DNA of 64,000 bases from contig CABMDC010000001.1 of assembly GCA_902384795.1 (NCBI GenBank), positions 7,375-71,374 on the forward strand. The letters are read 5' to 3'. The notes beneath the pieces are model-generated. The model made no database searches, had not been told where the DNA came from, and was given only the letters and a program-made list of their open reading frames with translations. Below are positions 21,001-28,984 of this stretch, in pieces; within the stretch, counting starts at the first letter, position 1; each line of letters starts with the position of its first letter. The position numbers and the translations under genes are program-made. Source of the stretch: Candidatus Gugararchaeum adminiculabundum (lineage in GTDB: Archaea; Micrarchaeota; Micrarchaeia; Burarchaeales; Gugararchaeaceae).

Positions 21001-22993
21001 CGAAAACAGCCGCAACAACCGCATCGAGAACACCTACGCGGACGACGGGGAAGACGGCATTGTCTTCAATTCAGTCAATGACAGCTACATAATCAATACC
21101 ACTTCAATCGGCATTGACGGTTCGGGCATCTATCTGAGCTCAAGCAGCGACAATATTCTTGAAAATTCCACTGCACTAAGCCAGAACTCGGGGGACGCGG
21201 TTGTAATTTACAATTCGCCGCGCATCAACATGACGCATTGCACCCTGACAGCTTCCGGATCCTACATCGCGCTCAATATGTATGATGATGGCGGAGACCT
21301 GCGCTCGGACAACGGCACCTTTGTCAGGAACACATTCATTGCAACCGACAGCGGTTCGGTGGCAGTGGCATTGGAAGGTGGGAGTGTAGGCGGCAACATC
21401 TTCCTAAACAACATCTTCCGCTCGGACACCTGGGTAATCTCAGGCTCACCCGATGCGAACTACTTCAATGATTCGGAAGTGGGCAACCGCTATTACTTTG
21501 CGAACGGCACCGGCGCATCCATCCTCTACGACATTTCGAGCAGCACAAGCGGAAGCTACTGGGCAGACCAGGGAACCGACCTTCCTTTTGGCGAGGCCGT
21601 TCTTGGGAGCGGCGTTTGGCATAGCGATGATGTCGACCGGCATCCCTATGTCTCCCATCCGAACGTCTTTGCCAATGGTTCGGACATAATCGTTTCCGGC
21701 TCTGCCACCAACCTAAGTGTTGTTATCGGCGGCACCAGCGATGTCAACAACAGCGAGCAAATCGGCGTCCAGACCGTGGCCATAGCCGCTTCAGGTTTGC
21801 CCATCGTTGAATTCAGCTATGATTTCACGGACTCGACTTTGAATCTCTCAGGCCTGGCAATCGAAACCGGTGTTGACGCGGACGGCAAAGCCTATGCCTC
21901 CATCTCCGGCATCAACACCAGCAATGTCATTGGCGGCAAGACCATCCACATGTATGATGCAAACCCGGAAGTCGACAGCGTGTGCGTGAAGGACGAGGCA
22001 AGCGCGGTTCACCTCAGCATTTCCCCGACCTGCACAGAATCAGATGAATATGTAGTGCCTTGCGATGGCGCAACCTACTCCGGCTACACCTGCACATTCG
22101 ATGGAACGACCGCAATCATTACCGGCCTGCAGCGCTCTGCCATAATACAGTTTTATTATATCAATTCAGTTTCAGAACCTGCCGCCCGTTCAACCGGAGG
22201 AGGATCCCTGAAATCCGTTTCACTAGGCAAATCATTCGACTGCAACACCGGAAAGCTGGAAGTGACGGCCACCTCTTCCAGGGCAGGCGTCCCGGGCCTG
22301 GCAATCCACCTTTTCCGCAGGGCTGATTTCAGCGTTTCTGAAAGCACAACCGATTCAACCGGAAAAGCGGTTTTCACAATCACCAAAGACGGCGCCTATG
22401 ACATTTACACCTATAAAACCGGAGCCTATTCGCCCACGGCCCTTAGTGTAATTGAGCTTGATTTGTGCCAGCAGCAGGCAAATCCACCTGTGACTACTCC
22501 GCCAGCAACCCCGCCCTCTTCATCCCCTCCAGAAACCCCGCCAACTCAGAATAATCCGGCTCTTCAACCCAACACTCCTCCTGCCGCGCCAGCAAATGAA
22601 GATTTGACAAAAGAGCAGGCAAAAGAAAAGGACGATGCCCAGGCGGCAATAGCGGCGGCGAATTCAGCAATTTCAACGGCAGCAGGAAAAGACACTTCTG
22701 CCGCAGCCGATAAATTAGACGCGGCGATTGCAGCATTCAATGCAGGCGACTTTGCCCAGGCAAAACAGCTCGCGCAGGAAGCGAATTCACTGGCATTGAA
22801 TTCAAAATCAGCAGTGCAGAAGCCAAAAGAAAACGCCAGCACAACGCAGCAGCCAATCAACAGCACATCCACTTCCGAATCAAACAGCAGCGAACAAAAC
22901 GGATTTAACTGGTCTCCGGTTTTGGGAGGAACCTTGGTTGCGCTATTTATATTGGCAGCCGCGTATTACGTCCTAAACCGGAGGAAAAATTAA
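18065..22993 (+). CDS. giant surface protein (1642 aa): right-handed beta-helix repeats, dense N-glycosylation sequons, Pro/Thr stalk, helical Ala/Gln-rich segment, C-terminal TM anchor
   Basis: Signal peptide; recurring NITNSNAT, NLTNVNAS and NITLINIT motifs typical of parallel beta-helix (pectate-lyase/NosD-like) repeats; C-terminus PPVTTPPATPPSSSPPETPP...DFAQAKQLAQEANSLALNSK...LVALFILAAAYYVLNRRKN. Confidence 0.8.
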   Translation: MVFMVRLSSVLAISILFLLLALPFAYADTEITACGQALDSDSRYFLAGDLSDSADTCLTVGADYITIDCQGNTIRRASGTGLVGISTSYSYTTITNCIVKNYSESILFSGASNGLIENTTVISTSSASTPGIGIYLTYSSGNILTNINASSDFGAALDLNAASGNTLTNITATTLGSDDISFLAYSISDCPNTLTNVTGTGGKPILYHASSPVNISNTDASVIVLCDASGSNITNSNATKGGLQVFYTENSTFSGITTTSTNNCGLYLSRSSRNIITNLNATSVNNGGAYLLNSRNNNITNSNFFSDLNNALLLHSDDPLVHPTSYNLLVGVNATSNEGIAFYIYCDLWQSCADHNTFVNSIATSVNGTAIYLTESSNTNLTNVNASSSNSDDLYFTTFTCEDCDPHVLPKCTNTFTNVKGTDGKPILYNANSPATISNTDASAIILCNASGSNITNSNATRGGIQVLFSNSSTFSNIIATSFSENALYLYYSPNTALANINASSVNGTGLWIDASSDNSISNVNASSAGTTAMQFVWSDHNNLTGIIVASLSGTGLSLSFCSGNNIYHATLSGYPAIELIYDSNGRFNDINVTSSYLSSTPLPAIASYSTSNFTLININVNSTYNSAFNLDQGSSNITLINITAASAADAIDFIFGSSKICNYTLANFTGSGGKRILLYANSPATISDTDASAIILCNATGSSVTNSNATNGGLQVYFTENSTFSGITATSLQGPSIYLYGSSRNRITNAISTSISNYAILLASSSSINITNSALSAGFSGCNNTANECYAAFNASGGSGNIFLHNNITADFWVDTDESDLILNDSTSGNYYRLFNGTSASSFCDITSGTNTWADGGGARPLQNGLSCLASDYGSRWPGSEGADWHPYVGQVADPNSVSICRYLSSPNTVYTLSQSINSHGHHPCLTVMAENVTLDCNGYKINGHGDGKGIYSNYSGTRVLNCDLRNFSSGGGYSIEFENSRNNRIENTYADDGEDGIVFNSVNDSYIINTTSIGIDGSGIYLSSSSDNILENSTALSQNSGDAVVIYNSPRINMTHCTLTASGSYIALNMYDDGGDLRSDNGTFVRNTFIATDSGSVAVALEGGSVGGNIFLNNIFRSDTWVISGSPDANYFNDSEVGNRYYFANGTGASILYDISSSTSGSYWADQGTDLPFGEAVLGSGVWHSDDVDRHPYVSHPNVFANGSDIIVSGSATNLSVVIGGTSDVNNSEQIGVQTVAIAASGLPIVEFSYDFTDSTLNLSGLAIETGVDADGKAYASISGINTSNVIGGKTIHMYDANPEVDSVCVKDEASAVHLSISPTCTESDEYVVPCDGATYSGYTCTFDGTTAIITGLQRSAIIQFYYINSVSEPAARSTGGGSLKSVSLGKSFDCNTGKLEVTATSSRAGVPGLAIHLFRRADFSVSESTTDSTGKAVFTITKDGAYDIYTYKTGAYSPTALSVIELDLCQQQANPPVTTPPATPPSSSPPETPPTQNNPALQPNTPPAAPANEDLTKEQAKEKDDAQAAIAAANSAISTAAGKDTSAAADKLDAAIAAFNAGDFAQAKQLAQEANSLALNSKSAVQKPKENASTTQQPINSTSTSESNSSEQNGFNWSPVLGGTLVALFILAAAYYVLNRRKN
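18632..20260 (+). repeat. intragenic tandem triplication (copies begin near 18632, 19297 and 20047) inside the giant beta-helix gene
   Basis: Three copies encode C(P/T)NT(L/F)TNV(T/K)GT(G/D)GKPILY.A.SP..IS(N/D)TDAS.I.LC.A.GS..TNSNAT.GG.QV; segments such as ccggcaacaatcagc.acaccgatgc.tc.gcaataattctctgcaa are near-identical at the nucleotide level. Confidence 0.7.
22496..22993 (+). other. C-terminal Pro-rich stalk + Ala/Gln-rich helical segment + TM anchor module (copy 1)
   Basis: Paralogous to the C-terminal module of the 28985-34579 protein (DFAQAKQLAQEANSLALNSK versus DYLQAKELAQEAAQLALNSKF). Confidence 0.6.
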
Positions 22994-23028
22994 GCAAATT
23001 CAATCCGCATTAGCAGATGCCAGTTTTT

Positions 23029-24339
23029 CTAAACCGGCCGCATTACGTTCCATTTCTTCAATGCCTCTGCAAGCTCAATATTCTTCGGATTCTCGGCCCA
23101 GTCAAACAAAGTCTCACCTTGCATGGCCGCTTCAATCGCCTGCATGGTCGCTTTCGCGCCAGCGCGCGTTCCGCGCGGGTGCCCATGAATTCCGCCGCTC
23201 ACAAGCAGCACCATCTCATTCCCGTAAATGTTCATCACATCAGGCACCAGGCCAGGATGCAATCCCCCTGAAGAAACCGGGAAGCAATTTTTCAGGCCAG
23301 CCCAGTCCTGCTCAAGCAGAATCTGCCCGTTTGCCTTTACTTTCTGCTCCCTAAGCACATCTGCAATAGCTTTCACTTCCTCGACCTTTCCTTCCAGTTT
23401 TCCAACGGCAGTTCCCGAGTGAATCTGGCTCACCCCAATCATCCTTTCCATCTTTGCCAAAAACTGCATGGTAATCCCGTGCTTCGGGTTCCTGCCAAAC
23501 GCGGCATGCATCGCCCTGTGCGCATGGATCGCCAGCCCCAAATCTGAGCAGTAATCCCTCATAGTCTGCACTCCTGCAAATCCCGTCACCACCACGTCAA
23601 TCATGCAATAGTTCCATCCATTGTCAGCAAGCATCTTCGCCCTTTTCTTCATCAATTCAGTCTCCGCGGTAATGTTGATGAATGCTGATTTTGTCTCTCC
23701 TGTTTCCTTCTCCGCCTTGTCCCTCAATTTGCTCATCAGCTTCACTCTTTCATCAAAATTGTTGAATGGAGTCGAAGTCAAATTCTCATCATCCTTTACA
23801 AAATCAAATCCTCCCATCCATGTCTCATAGCCGATTTCCGCGTGCTCCTTTGCGCTGAACCCGATCTTGGGTTTTGGAACAGCCCCGGTCAGCGGCCTTT
23901 TCTTAATGCCCATCATTTTCCTGATTCCGTCATTCCCGAACTTCGGCCCCTTGAAGGATTTGACGTACTTGGGCGGAAGCGTGGCATCAACCAATCTCAA
24001 ATTTTTCACGGCCTTCATGCCGAAAATATTCCCCGCAATCCCGCTCATCAGCTGGCACGCGTTTCCCGGCTCCCACAGTTCATAGGGGTACGCGACCTTC
24101 AGGAAGTTCCCGTCAATTTCAAACGAGGTTGCCTGCAGTTTTTTCATCCTTGGCGGCATGGTGAAAAGTGTGGTCCAGGTTCCGGTGGAGCTCTCGGAAG
24201 CGATCCTTCCCGCGGCCTCCTTGGGGCTCATCCCGTCAGCAGGCTCGAAATAAAACAGGCAGACAATCTCGTCCTTTGCCGGCTTGTAGTTCAAATTCAC
24301 AAACTCGTCATACCAGTCGATTTTCTTTTCTTCAGCCAT
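23029..24339 (-). CDS. rbcL: ribulose-1,5-bisphosphate carboxylase/oxygenase large subunit, archaeal type III
   Basis: GGFDFVKDDENL and KPKIGFSAKEH motifs; 436 aa. Confidence 0.9.
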   Translation of the reverse strand: MAEEKKIDWYDEFVNLNYKPAKDEIVCLFYFEPADGMSPKEAAGRIASESSTGTWTTLFTMPPRMKKLQATSFEIDGNFLKVAYPYELWEPGNACQLMSGIAGNIFGMKAVKNLRLVDATLPPKYVKSFKGPKFGNDGIRKMMGIKKRPLTGAVPKPKIGFSAKEHAEIGYETWMGGFDFVKDDENLTSTPFNNFDERVKLMSKLRDKAEKETGETKSAFINITAETELMKKRAKMLADNGWNYCMIDVVVTGFAGVQTMRDYCSDLGLAIHAHRAMHAAFGRNPKHGITMQFLAKMERMIGVSQIHSGTAVGKLEGKVEEVKAIADVLREQKVKANGQILLEQDWAGLKNCFPVSSGGLHPGLVPDVMNIYGNEMVLLVSGGIHGHPRGTRAGAKATMQAIEAAMQGETLFDWAENPKNIELAEALKKWNVMRPV

Positions 24340-24421
24340 AGGAACACCCCATCCTTAATGCGCTTCCCGCAGTCGGGTTACTCTATTCGCATTAAAAAAC
24401 TTTCCCGCCTAAATTCCATCA

Positions 24422-25831
24422 ATGAACATCCCGAAAAGCAATTTCTCAGACTGGTACAACGAGGTCATCTACTCCGCCGGAATAGTGGACATCCGCTACC
24501 CGGTAAAGGGAATGCCCATCTACACCTCCTGGGGCTTCGGAGCAATCCGCAAATCATTCGCAATCCTCGAAGAACTCCTGGAACAAACCGGCCACGGGCA
24601 AATGCTCTTCCCGCTCCTGGTTCCGGAGGATTTGTTCGGGGCAGAGGGCGAGCACATCAAGGGATTTGGCGGCGAGGTTTTGTGGGTCACCCAGGGCGGA
24701 AACGAGACGCTCGAAAGAAAGCTCGCAGTCCGGCCCACGAGCGAGACAATCATGTACCCGATGTTCGCCCAGTGGATCCGCGCTCACACAGATTTCCCGC
24801 TCAAGGTTCACCAGACCGTCACTATATATAGGCACGAAACCAAGGCCACAAAACCATTAGTCAGGGGGCGTGAAGTCTACTGGAACGAGGCTCACTCAGC
24901 TTTCCGCAATGAGAAGGAAGCAGAGGAAAGCATCCGCGAAGGATTGCAAATCTATTCCGAATTCTACGCCACTCTCGCGCTCCCATTCACCGCTTTAGTC
25001 CGCCCGGATTATGACAAATTCCCAGGCGCAAAATACAGCATAGCATTCGACATCCTAATGCCAGACGGAAAAGTCCTGCAGGCGGCAACAATTCACAATC
25101 TAGCAGACAATTTCGCCAAAGTCTACTCCATTCAATACGACGATGAAAAAGGCGAAAAGCACTATGCTCACCAGACAACTTTCGGCTTGTCCATGCGCTG
25201 CCTCGCGGCAGCAATTGGCGTGCACGGCGATGACAAGGGGTTAATTTTGCCTCCTGCAATTTCACCGATTCAGGCAATCATAATTCCAATTCCAGGCAAA
25301 GAAGAAAAGGAAAGCGCCGCAGTTGATGCAAAAGCAAAGGAAGTGAAAGCAAAATTGGAAGGCGCAGGAATTCGCGTTCATCTTGACTGCTCGGAAAAAA
25401 GACCGGGCGAGAAATACTATCACTGGGAAATGAAAGGAGTCCCGCTCAGGATTGAAATCGGGCCCAGGGACATCGCGAACAAGAAAGTAATGCTCGCCTT
25501 GCGCACCGGCGGAAAAAAGCCAATCGATGAAAGCAAACTAGTCGAGGCTACACGGGACGCATTCGCGGAAATCCTGAAAACACTGGAAGAAAAAGCAAAG
25601 AAAGAGCTGGAAGGAAAAATTTCCAAAGCAAAAAGCATGGACGATTTGAAAAAAGGAACCGGCATTTTCACAGCAGGCTGGTGCGAGAATCAGAAGTGCG
25701 CAGATGAAGTGAAAACCGAAACAGGCGGGGTTGAAGTGCGCGGATTTTTATTTGACAAAAAGAAGGAAAAGGCAAAATGCGTGAAGTGCGGAAAAGACGG
25801 AACTCTTGCCTACTGGGCAAAAGCCTACTGA
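24422..25831 (+). CDS. proS: prolyl-tRNA synthetase, archaeal/eukaryotic type
   Basis: Class II aaRS motifs, archaeal ProRS length (469 aa), and a C-terminal zinc-binding tail ending ...CVKCGKDGTLAYWAKAY. Confidence 0.9.
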   Translation: MNIPKSNFSDWYNEVIYSAGIVDIRYPVKGMPIYTSWGFGAIRKSFAILEELLEQTGHGQMLFPLLVPEDLFGAEGEHIKGFGGEVLWVTQGGNETLERKLAVRPTSETIMYPMFAQWIRAHTDFPLKVHQTVTIYRHETKATKPLVRGREVYWNEAHSAFRNEKEAEESIREGLQIYSEFYATLALPFTALVRPDYDKFPGAKYSIAFDILMPDGKVLQAATIHNLADNFAKVYSIQYDDEKGEKHYAHQTTFGLSMRCLAAAIGVHGDDKGLILPPAISPIQAIIIPIPGKEEKESAAVDAKAKEVKAKLEGAGIRVHLDCSEKRPGEKYYHWEMKGVPLRIEIGPRDIANKKVMLALRTGGKKPIDESKLVEATRDAFAEILKTLEEKAKKELEGKISKAKSMDDLKKGTGIFTAGWCENQKCADEVKTETGGVEVRGFLFDKKKEKAKCVKCGKDGTLAYWAKAY

Positions 25832-25852
25832 GAATGGCAGCACGGCTCGTCC

Positions 25853-25868
25853 AATATTATAATATACT
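25853..25868 (+). promoter_or_regulatory. TATA box of the tRNA-Gln promoter
   Basis: aatattataatatact lies 24-39 nt upstream of the mature tRNA 5' end, the usual archaeal BRE/TATA spacing. Confidence 0.5.
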
Positions 25869-25891
25869 CATTTCAACAAAATAATTAGCGC

Positions 25892-25964
25892 AGCCCCGTC
25901 GTCTAGTGGCCAAGGATAGGAGGCTTTGAACCTTCTGACAGCGGTTCGACTCCGCTCGGGGCTA
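25892..25964 (+). tRNA. tRNA-Gln (anticodon UUG)
   Basis: 73 nt folded by hand: acceptor AGCCCCG/CGGGGCU with discriminator A; D-loop AGUGG; anticodon stem GGAGG/CCUUC with loop CU-UUG-AA; T-arm AGCGG-UUCGACU-CCGCU. No encoded CCA. Confidence 0.8.
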
Positions 25965-25971
25965 TTCTACT

Positions 25972-26268
25972 CTACTTCACCGAGAAACTCTTAAATTCCC
26001 CGGTCGCCTTCCCATAAGTAGTTTCAAATTCCCTAACCTCGACCGGATAATCCAATGCGCGTATTTTGTCAATGAACTCGTCAATTTTTTCTTCGGTCCC
26101 TTCGGCAACGACTTCCACGGTTCCATCTTCCAGATTCTCGGCATAGCCCAGCACTCCGGCCGCATCCGCTGCCTCCTTCATTTTCGCCCTGCAGAAAACG
26201 CCCTGCACGATTCCCTTGGCAATGCCAATCATCCTGATTTTTTTCTCTTCCATGGATACCTTTTGCAA
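25972..26268 (-). CDS. acyP: acylphosphatase
   Basis: Signature GIVQGVFCR (V.G.VQGV.FR); about 90 aa from the internal Met. Confidence 0.75.
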   Translation of the reverse strand: MQKVSMEEKKIRMIGIAKGIVQGVFCRAKMKEAADAAGVLGYAENLEDGTVEVVAEGTEEKIDEFIDKIRALDYPVEVREFETTYGKATGEFKSFSVK

Positions 26269-26346
26269 GCCAGGTTTTTTATACCCGAACCGGCTCCCGC
26301 GGACGCAAATCTATATATTTACATGATTTTATAGAATTAGCAACTT

Positions 26347-27108
26347 GTGATTTTCATGACCAATCCAATCTCAATAATGCGGGCAGAGCTTCTGCTGAAA
26401 GATCCGCGCGCAGTGATGCAGCGGGATCCTTTGCGAAAGGTTCCTGCAGGAGGGCACGAAGGCTGCCTGGTCCCTATCACTCTCGAGTCCAAAAAAGTAA
26501 AGCTAGAGGTTCTCCCGGAAACGCTAAGGTCCGAAATTCTCATGATGAAAGTTTTCAGGGACTATATGAAAGAAACAGGCAAAATGCTCGATGGCGAGCG
26601 CCTAAGCCCTGAGGATTTTACTGTTCGAGTTTGCGAAAGGCTGCGCAGCGCAGGCGTGCCTGTTGTTGATTTAATCTACGCAAAAGACGGAGTACTTTTC
26701 ATGGACGATTTCCGCATCGGAGCAGACCGTTGCATAGACGGAGCGAATTTCGATTTTTCCTTCCAGCCAAAAGAGTTGCAGCCCCCTGCCAATGCCTATT
26801 TTGCAAAACATTCACTCGAAATATTCGAAGCCCTGGGAAAAATTCACGGCAGCGGTTTTGTGGTGAGCAACTGGCATACTCTCCTGTCCGTCTTTTTTAT
26901 TGTAATAATTGGCAATGAAAGCAAGTTGCTTGTGTGCGACTACTCCAACCTCGACCAGCGCCAGGACCCGGCCGAGTTTAACTCGAAGTGCCAAGGCGCC
27001 TTCACGATTCTTCTTACCTGTGCCTGTTCCCAGTGGGACCATACGCGCGAAGAATTCGTTTCTGCCTATGAAAAAGGCAAAAATTCCATCCAAACTCCCG
27101 CGCGCTAA
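26347..27108 (+). CDS. hypothetical protein (possible atypical kinase-like fold)
   Basis: 253 aa with weak resemblance to phosphotransferase motifs (HGSGFVVSNWH, LVCDYSNLD); not diagnostic. Confidence 0.4.
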   Translation: MIFMTNPISIMRAELLLKDPRAVMQRDPLRKVPAGGHEGCLVPITLESKKVKLEVLPETLRSEILMMKVFRDYMKETGKMLDGERLSPEDFTVRVCERLRSAGVPVVDLIYAKDGVLFMDDFRIGADRCIDGANFDFSFQPKELQPPANAYFAKHSLEIFEALGKIHGSGFVVSNWHTLLSVFFIVIIGNESKLLVCDYSNLDQRQDPAEFNSKCQGAFTILLTCACSQWDHTREEFVSAYEKGKNSIQTPAR

Positions 27109-27261
27109 TCTCTTTTTCTGTTCTTCTCCCTAGCTACCACTATTTAATCTTTGGACACCATAATAATTAGCGGCAGTGATGACACCGTCCCAGGGATGTA
27201 GGCGCAAGCCAATGCATCGACGGAGTAGCTTCTGAGCCACTAAATTTTCCTTTCACCAGCC

Positions 27262-28884
27262 ATGGGCAATATTTATATACGACGGATGATTTGGTCTAGC
27301 ATGGCAAAATGCCGATTTCCTCAGGTATATCCGCGACTTCTGTTATCCTTCTTGTTTTTTGCGCTATTCACTGGCATGGTTGCCGCTGATTCGGCCACCA
27401 GCCACTGGGGTGGAAGCTGGACAGCCGAGTGCACAAGAAACGAGACAACGCGAACCTTTACCGGCACCTGGAGCGCAATCGCGATTGAAAATGACGGAGT
27501 GATTTCAGGGAGCATTTCTTCGGATGGCGAAGCCGGCTGCACGGGCGTTTTGTCCGGAAATGTGAGCGGGCCGCGCATGGCCTGGAACATAGAAGGCGCC
27601 AACTGCCGGGGAAGAGGAAGGGGCGATTTAACTGCCAATAATATAAGCGGAGACTTTGGCATAGCCCCGCCCCAGCAAGACAGCGGCGGAGACCAGAGCG
27701 GCGTAGGCACTGCTCCTCCCAGTGGCAGTGGCTCAGGCACCCCTGCCTGCCTGGGCACATTTGAGGGAACATGCAGCGACTGTCCCCCTCCCCCGGTTTG
27801 CCAGCAAGGCCAAATTATCTGCCGTGGAAATTGCGTTGACAATAATACGGATTCGCTCAATTGTGGAAGATGCGGGCATCAGTGCCCATCCGGGCAAACT
27901 TGCCAGAACGGAAATTGCACCGGAATCCCCCCGCTAAATTGCTCGGGAGGATTAATCCTGTGCAACGGAGCGTGCATAGACACAACTTCCAGCCAATTCA
28001 ACTGCGGCAGCTGCGGCAACATCTGCGCGCCAGGGCGAGTGTGCCAAAATGGAGATTGTGCAGCAATCCCCCCGTTGAACTGCTCAGACGGGTTTACTCG
28101 CTGCAACATAACCTGCAGAAATACGAATTCCGATTCATCAAATTGCGGGGGCTGCGGCGTCCAGTGCCCCTCCGGGCAGTATTGCCAAAGCGCAACATGC
28201 AAAAACTCCGATTCTGACCATGGCACATTAATCTGTTCCAATGGCCTTACCCTTTGCAACGGAATGTGCGCTAACGCCAATGTCGATCTATCCAACTGCG
28301 GAGGATGCCGTATTCAGTGCTCTTCAGGCCAGTCCTGCCAAAGTGGAAAATGCACCAGCTCATTGGACTCATCCGGTGCATTCAACTGCATCGGCGGGCT
28401 TTCCAACTGCAATGAAATGTGCGCAAACACATCCGTAGATCTCGCAAACTGCGGCAGCTGCAACAATCCATGCGCAGCAGGCCAGTCTTGTCAAAGCGGG
28501 AAATGCGCGGCCCAGGAAAGCGAACCAAACCCGCTGACCTGTTCAGGCGGCTTCATTCTTTGCAACGGAGCCTGCGCGAACACCGATGCCGATCTATCCA
28601 ACTGCGGCAGCTGCAACAACCAGTGCACCGCGGGCCAGTCCTGCCAAACTGGAAAATGCACAAGCCCGGCAAATGGATCAAGCCAGGCGAATTGCCCAGG
28701 CGGCTCCTGCAACGGAACGCCAGCGAATGCAAATGCAGGTTCATCAAACTCTTCCTCCAATGCAAATGCCAATGAAAATAAAAAAATCAGAGATTATTCC
28801 ATTCCAGCGGCCATCGGGGTCATTTGCATAATCATCGGGGTCATGCTCTATTTCAGTTTCAAATCCCGGCCCCGGCAAAAATAA
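27262..28884 (+). CDS. secreted cysteine-rich tandem-repeat surface protein with C-terminal TM anchor
   Basis: Signal/TM at the N-terminus; about 6.5 tandem repeats of a six-Cys, 42-51-aa unit (C..G...CNG.C.[DN]...D..NCG.CG..C..GQ.CQ.G.C); C-terminus AAIGVICIIIGVMLYFSFKSRPRQK. Confidence 0.75.
   Translation: MGNIYIRRMIWSSMAKCRFPQVYPRLLLSFLFFALFTGMVAADSATSHWGGSWTAECTRNETTRTFTGTWSAIAIENDGVISGSISSDGEAGCTGVLSGNVSGPRMAWNIEGANCRGRGRGDLTANNISGDFGIAPPQQDSGGDQSGVGTAPPSGSGSGTPACLGTFEGTCSDCPPPPVCQQGQIICRGNCVDNNTDSLNCGRCGHQCPSGQTCQNGNCTGIPPLNCSGGLILCNGACIDTTSSQFNCGSCGNICAPGRVCQNGDCAAIPPLNCSDGFTRCNITCRNTNSDSSNCGGCGVQCPSGQYCQSATCKNSDSDHGTLICSNGLTLCNGMCANANVDLSNCGGCRIQCSSGQSCQSGKCTSSLDSSGAFNCIGGLSNCNEMCANTSVDLANCGSCNNPCAAGQSCQSGKCAAQESEPNPLTCSGGFILCNGACANTDADLSNCGSCNNQCTAGQSCQTGKCTSPANGSSQANCPGGSCNGTPANANAGSSNSSSNANANENKKIRDYSIPAAIGVICIIIGVMLYFSFKSRPRQK
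27800..28720 (+). repeat. tandem repeats of roughly 126-150 nt encoding the six-Cys unit
   Basis: Recurring aactgcgg.agctgc..caa and tgccaaa..ggaaaatgc strings; the protein-level periodicity is clear. Confidence 0.7.
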
Positions 28885-28984
28885 TCCGCAAATATAATTC
28901 TCAAATGGAAAACTCAGCCAGCGCAAGCTTTTTATATCCTCCCTGCATGAAGTTGCAAATATCTCAAATTCGTGTGGTGGTCGA

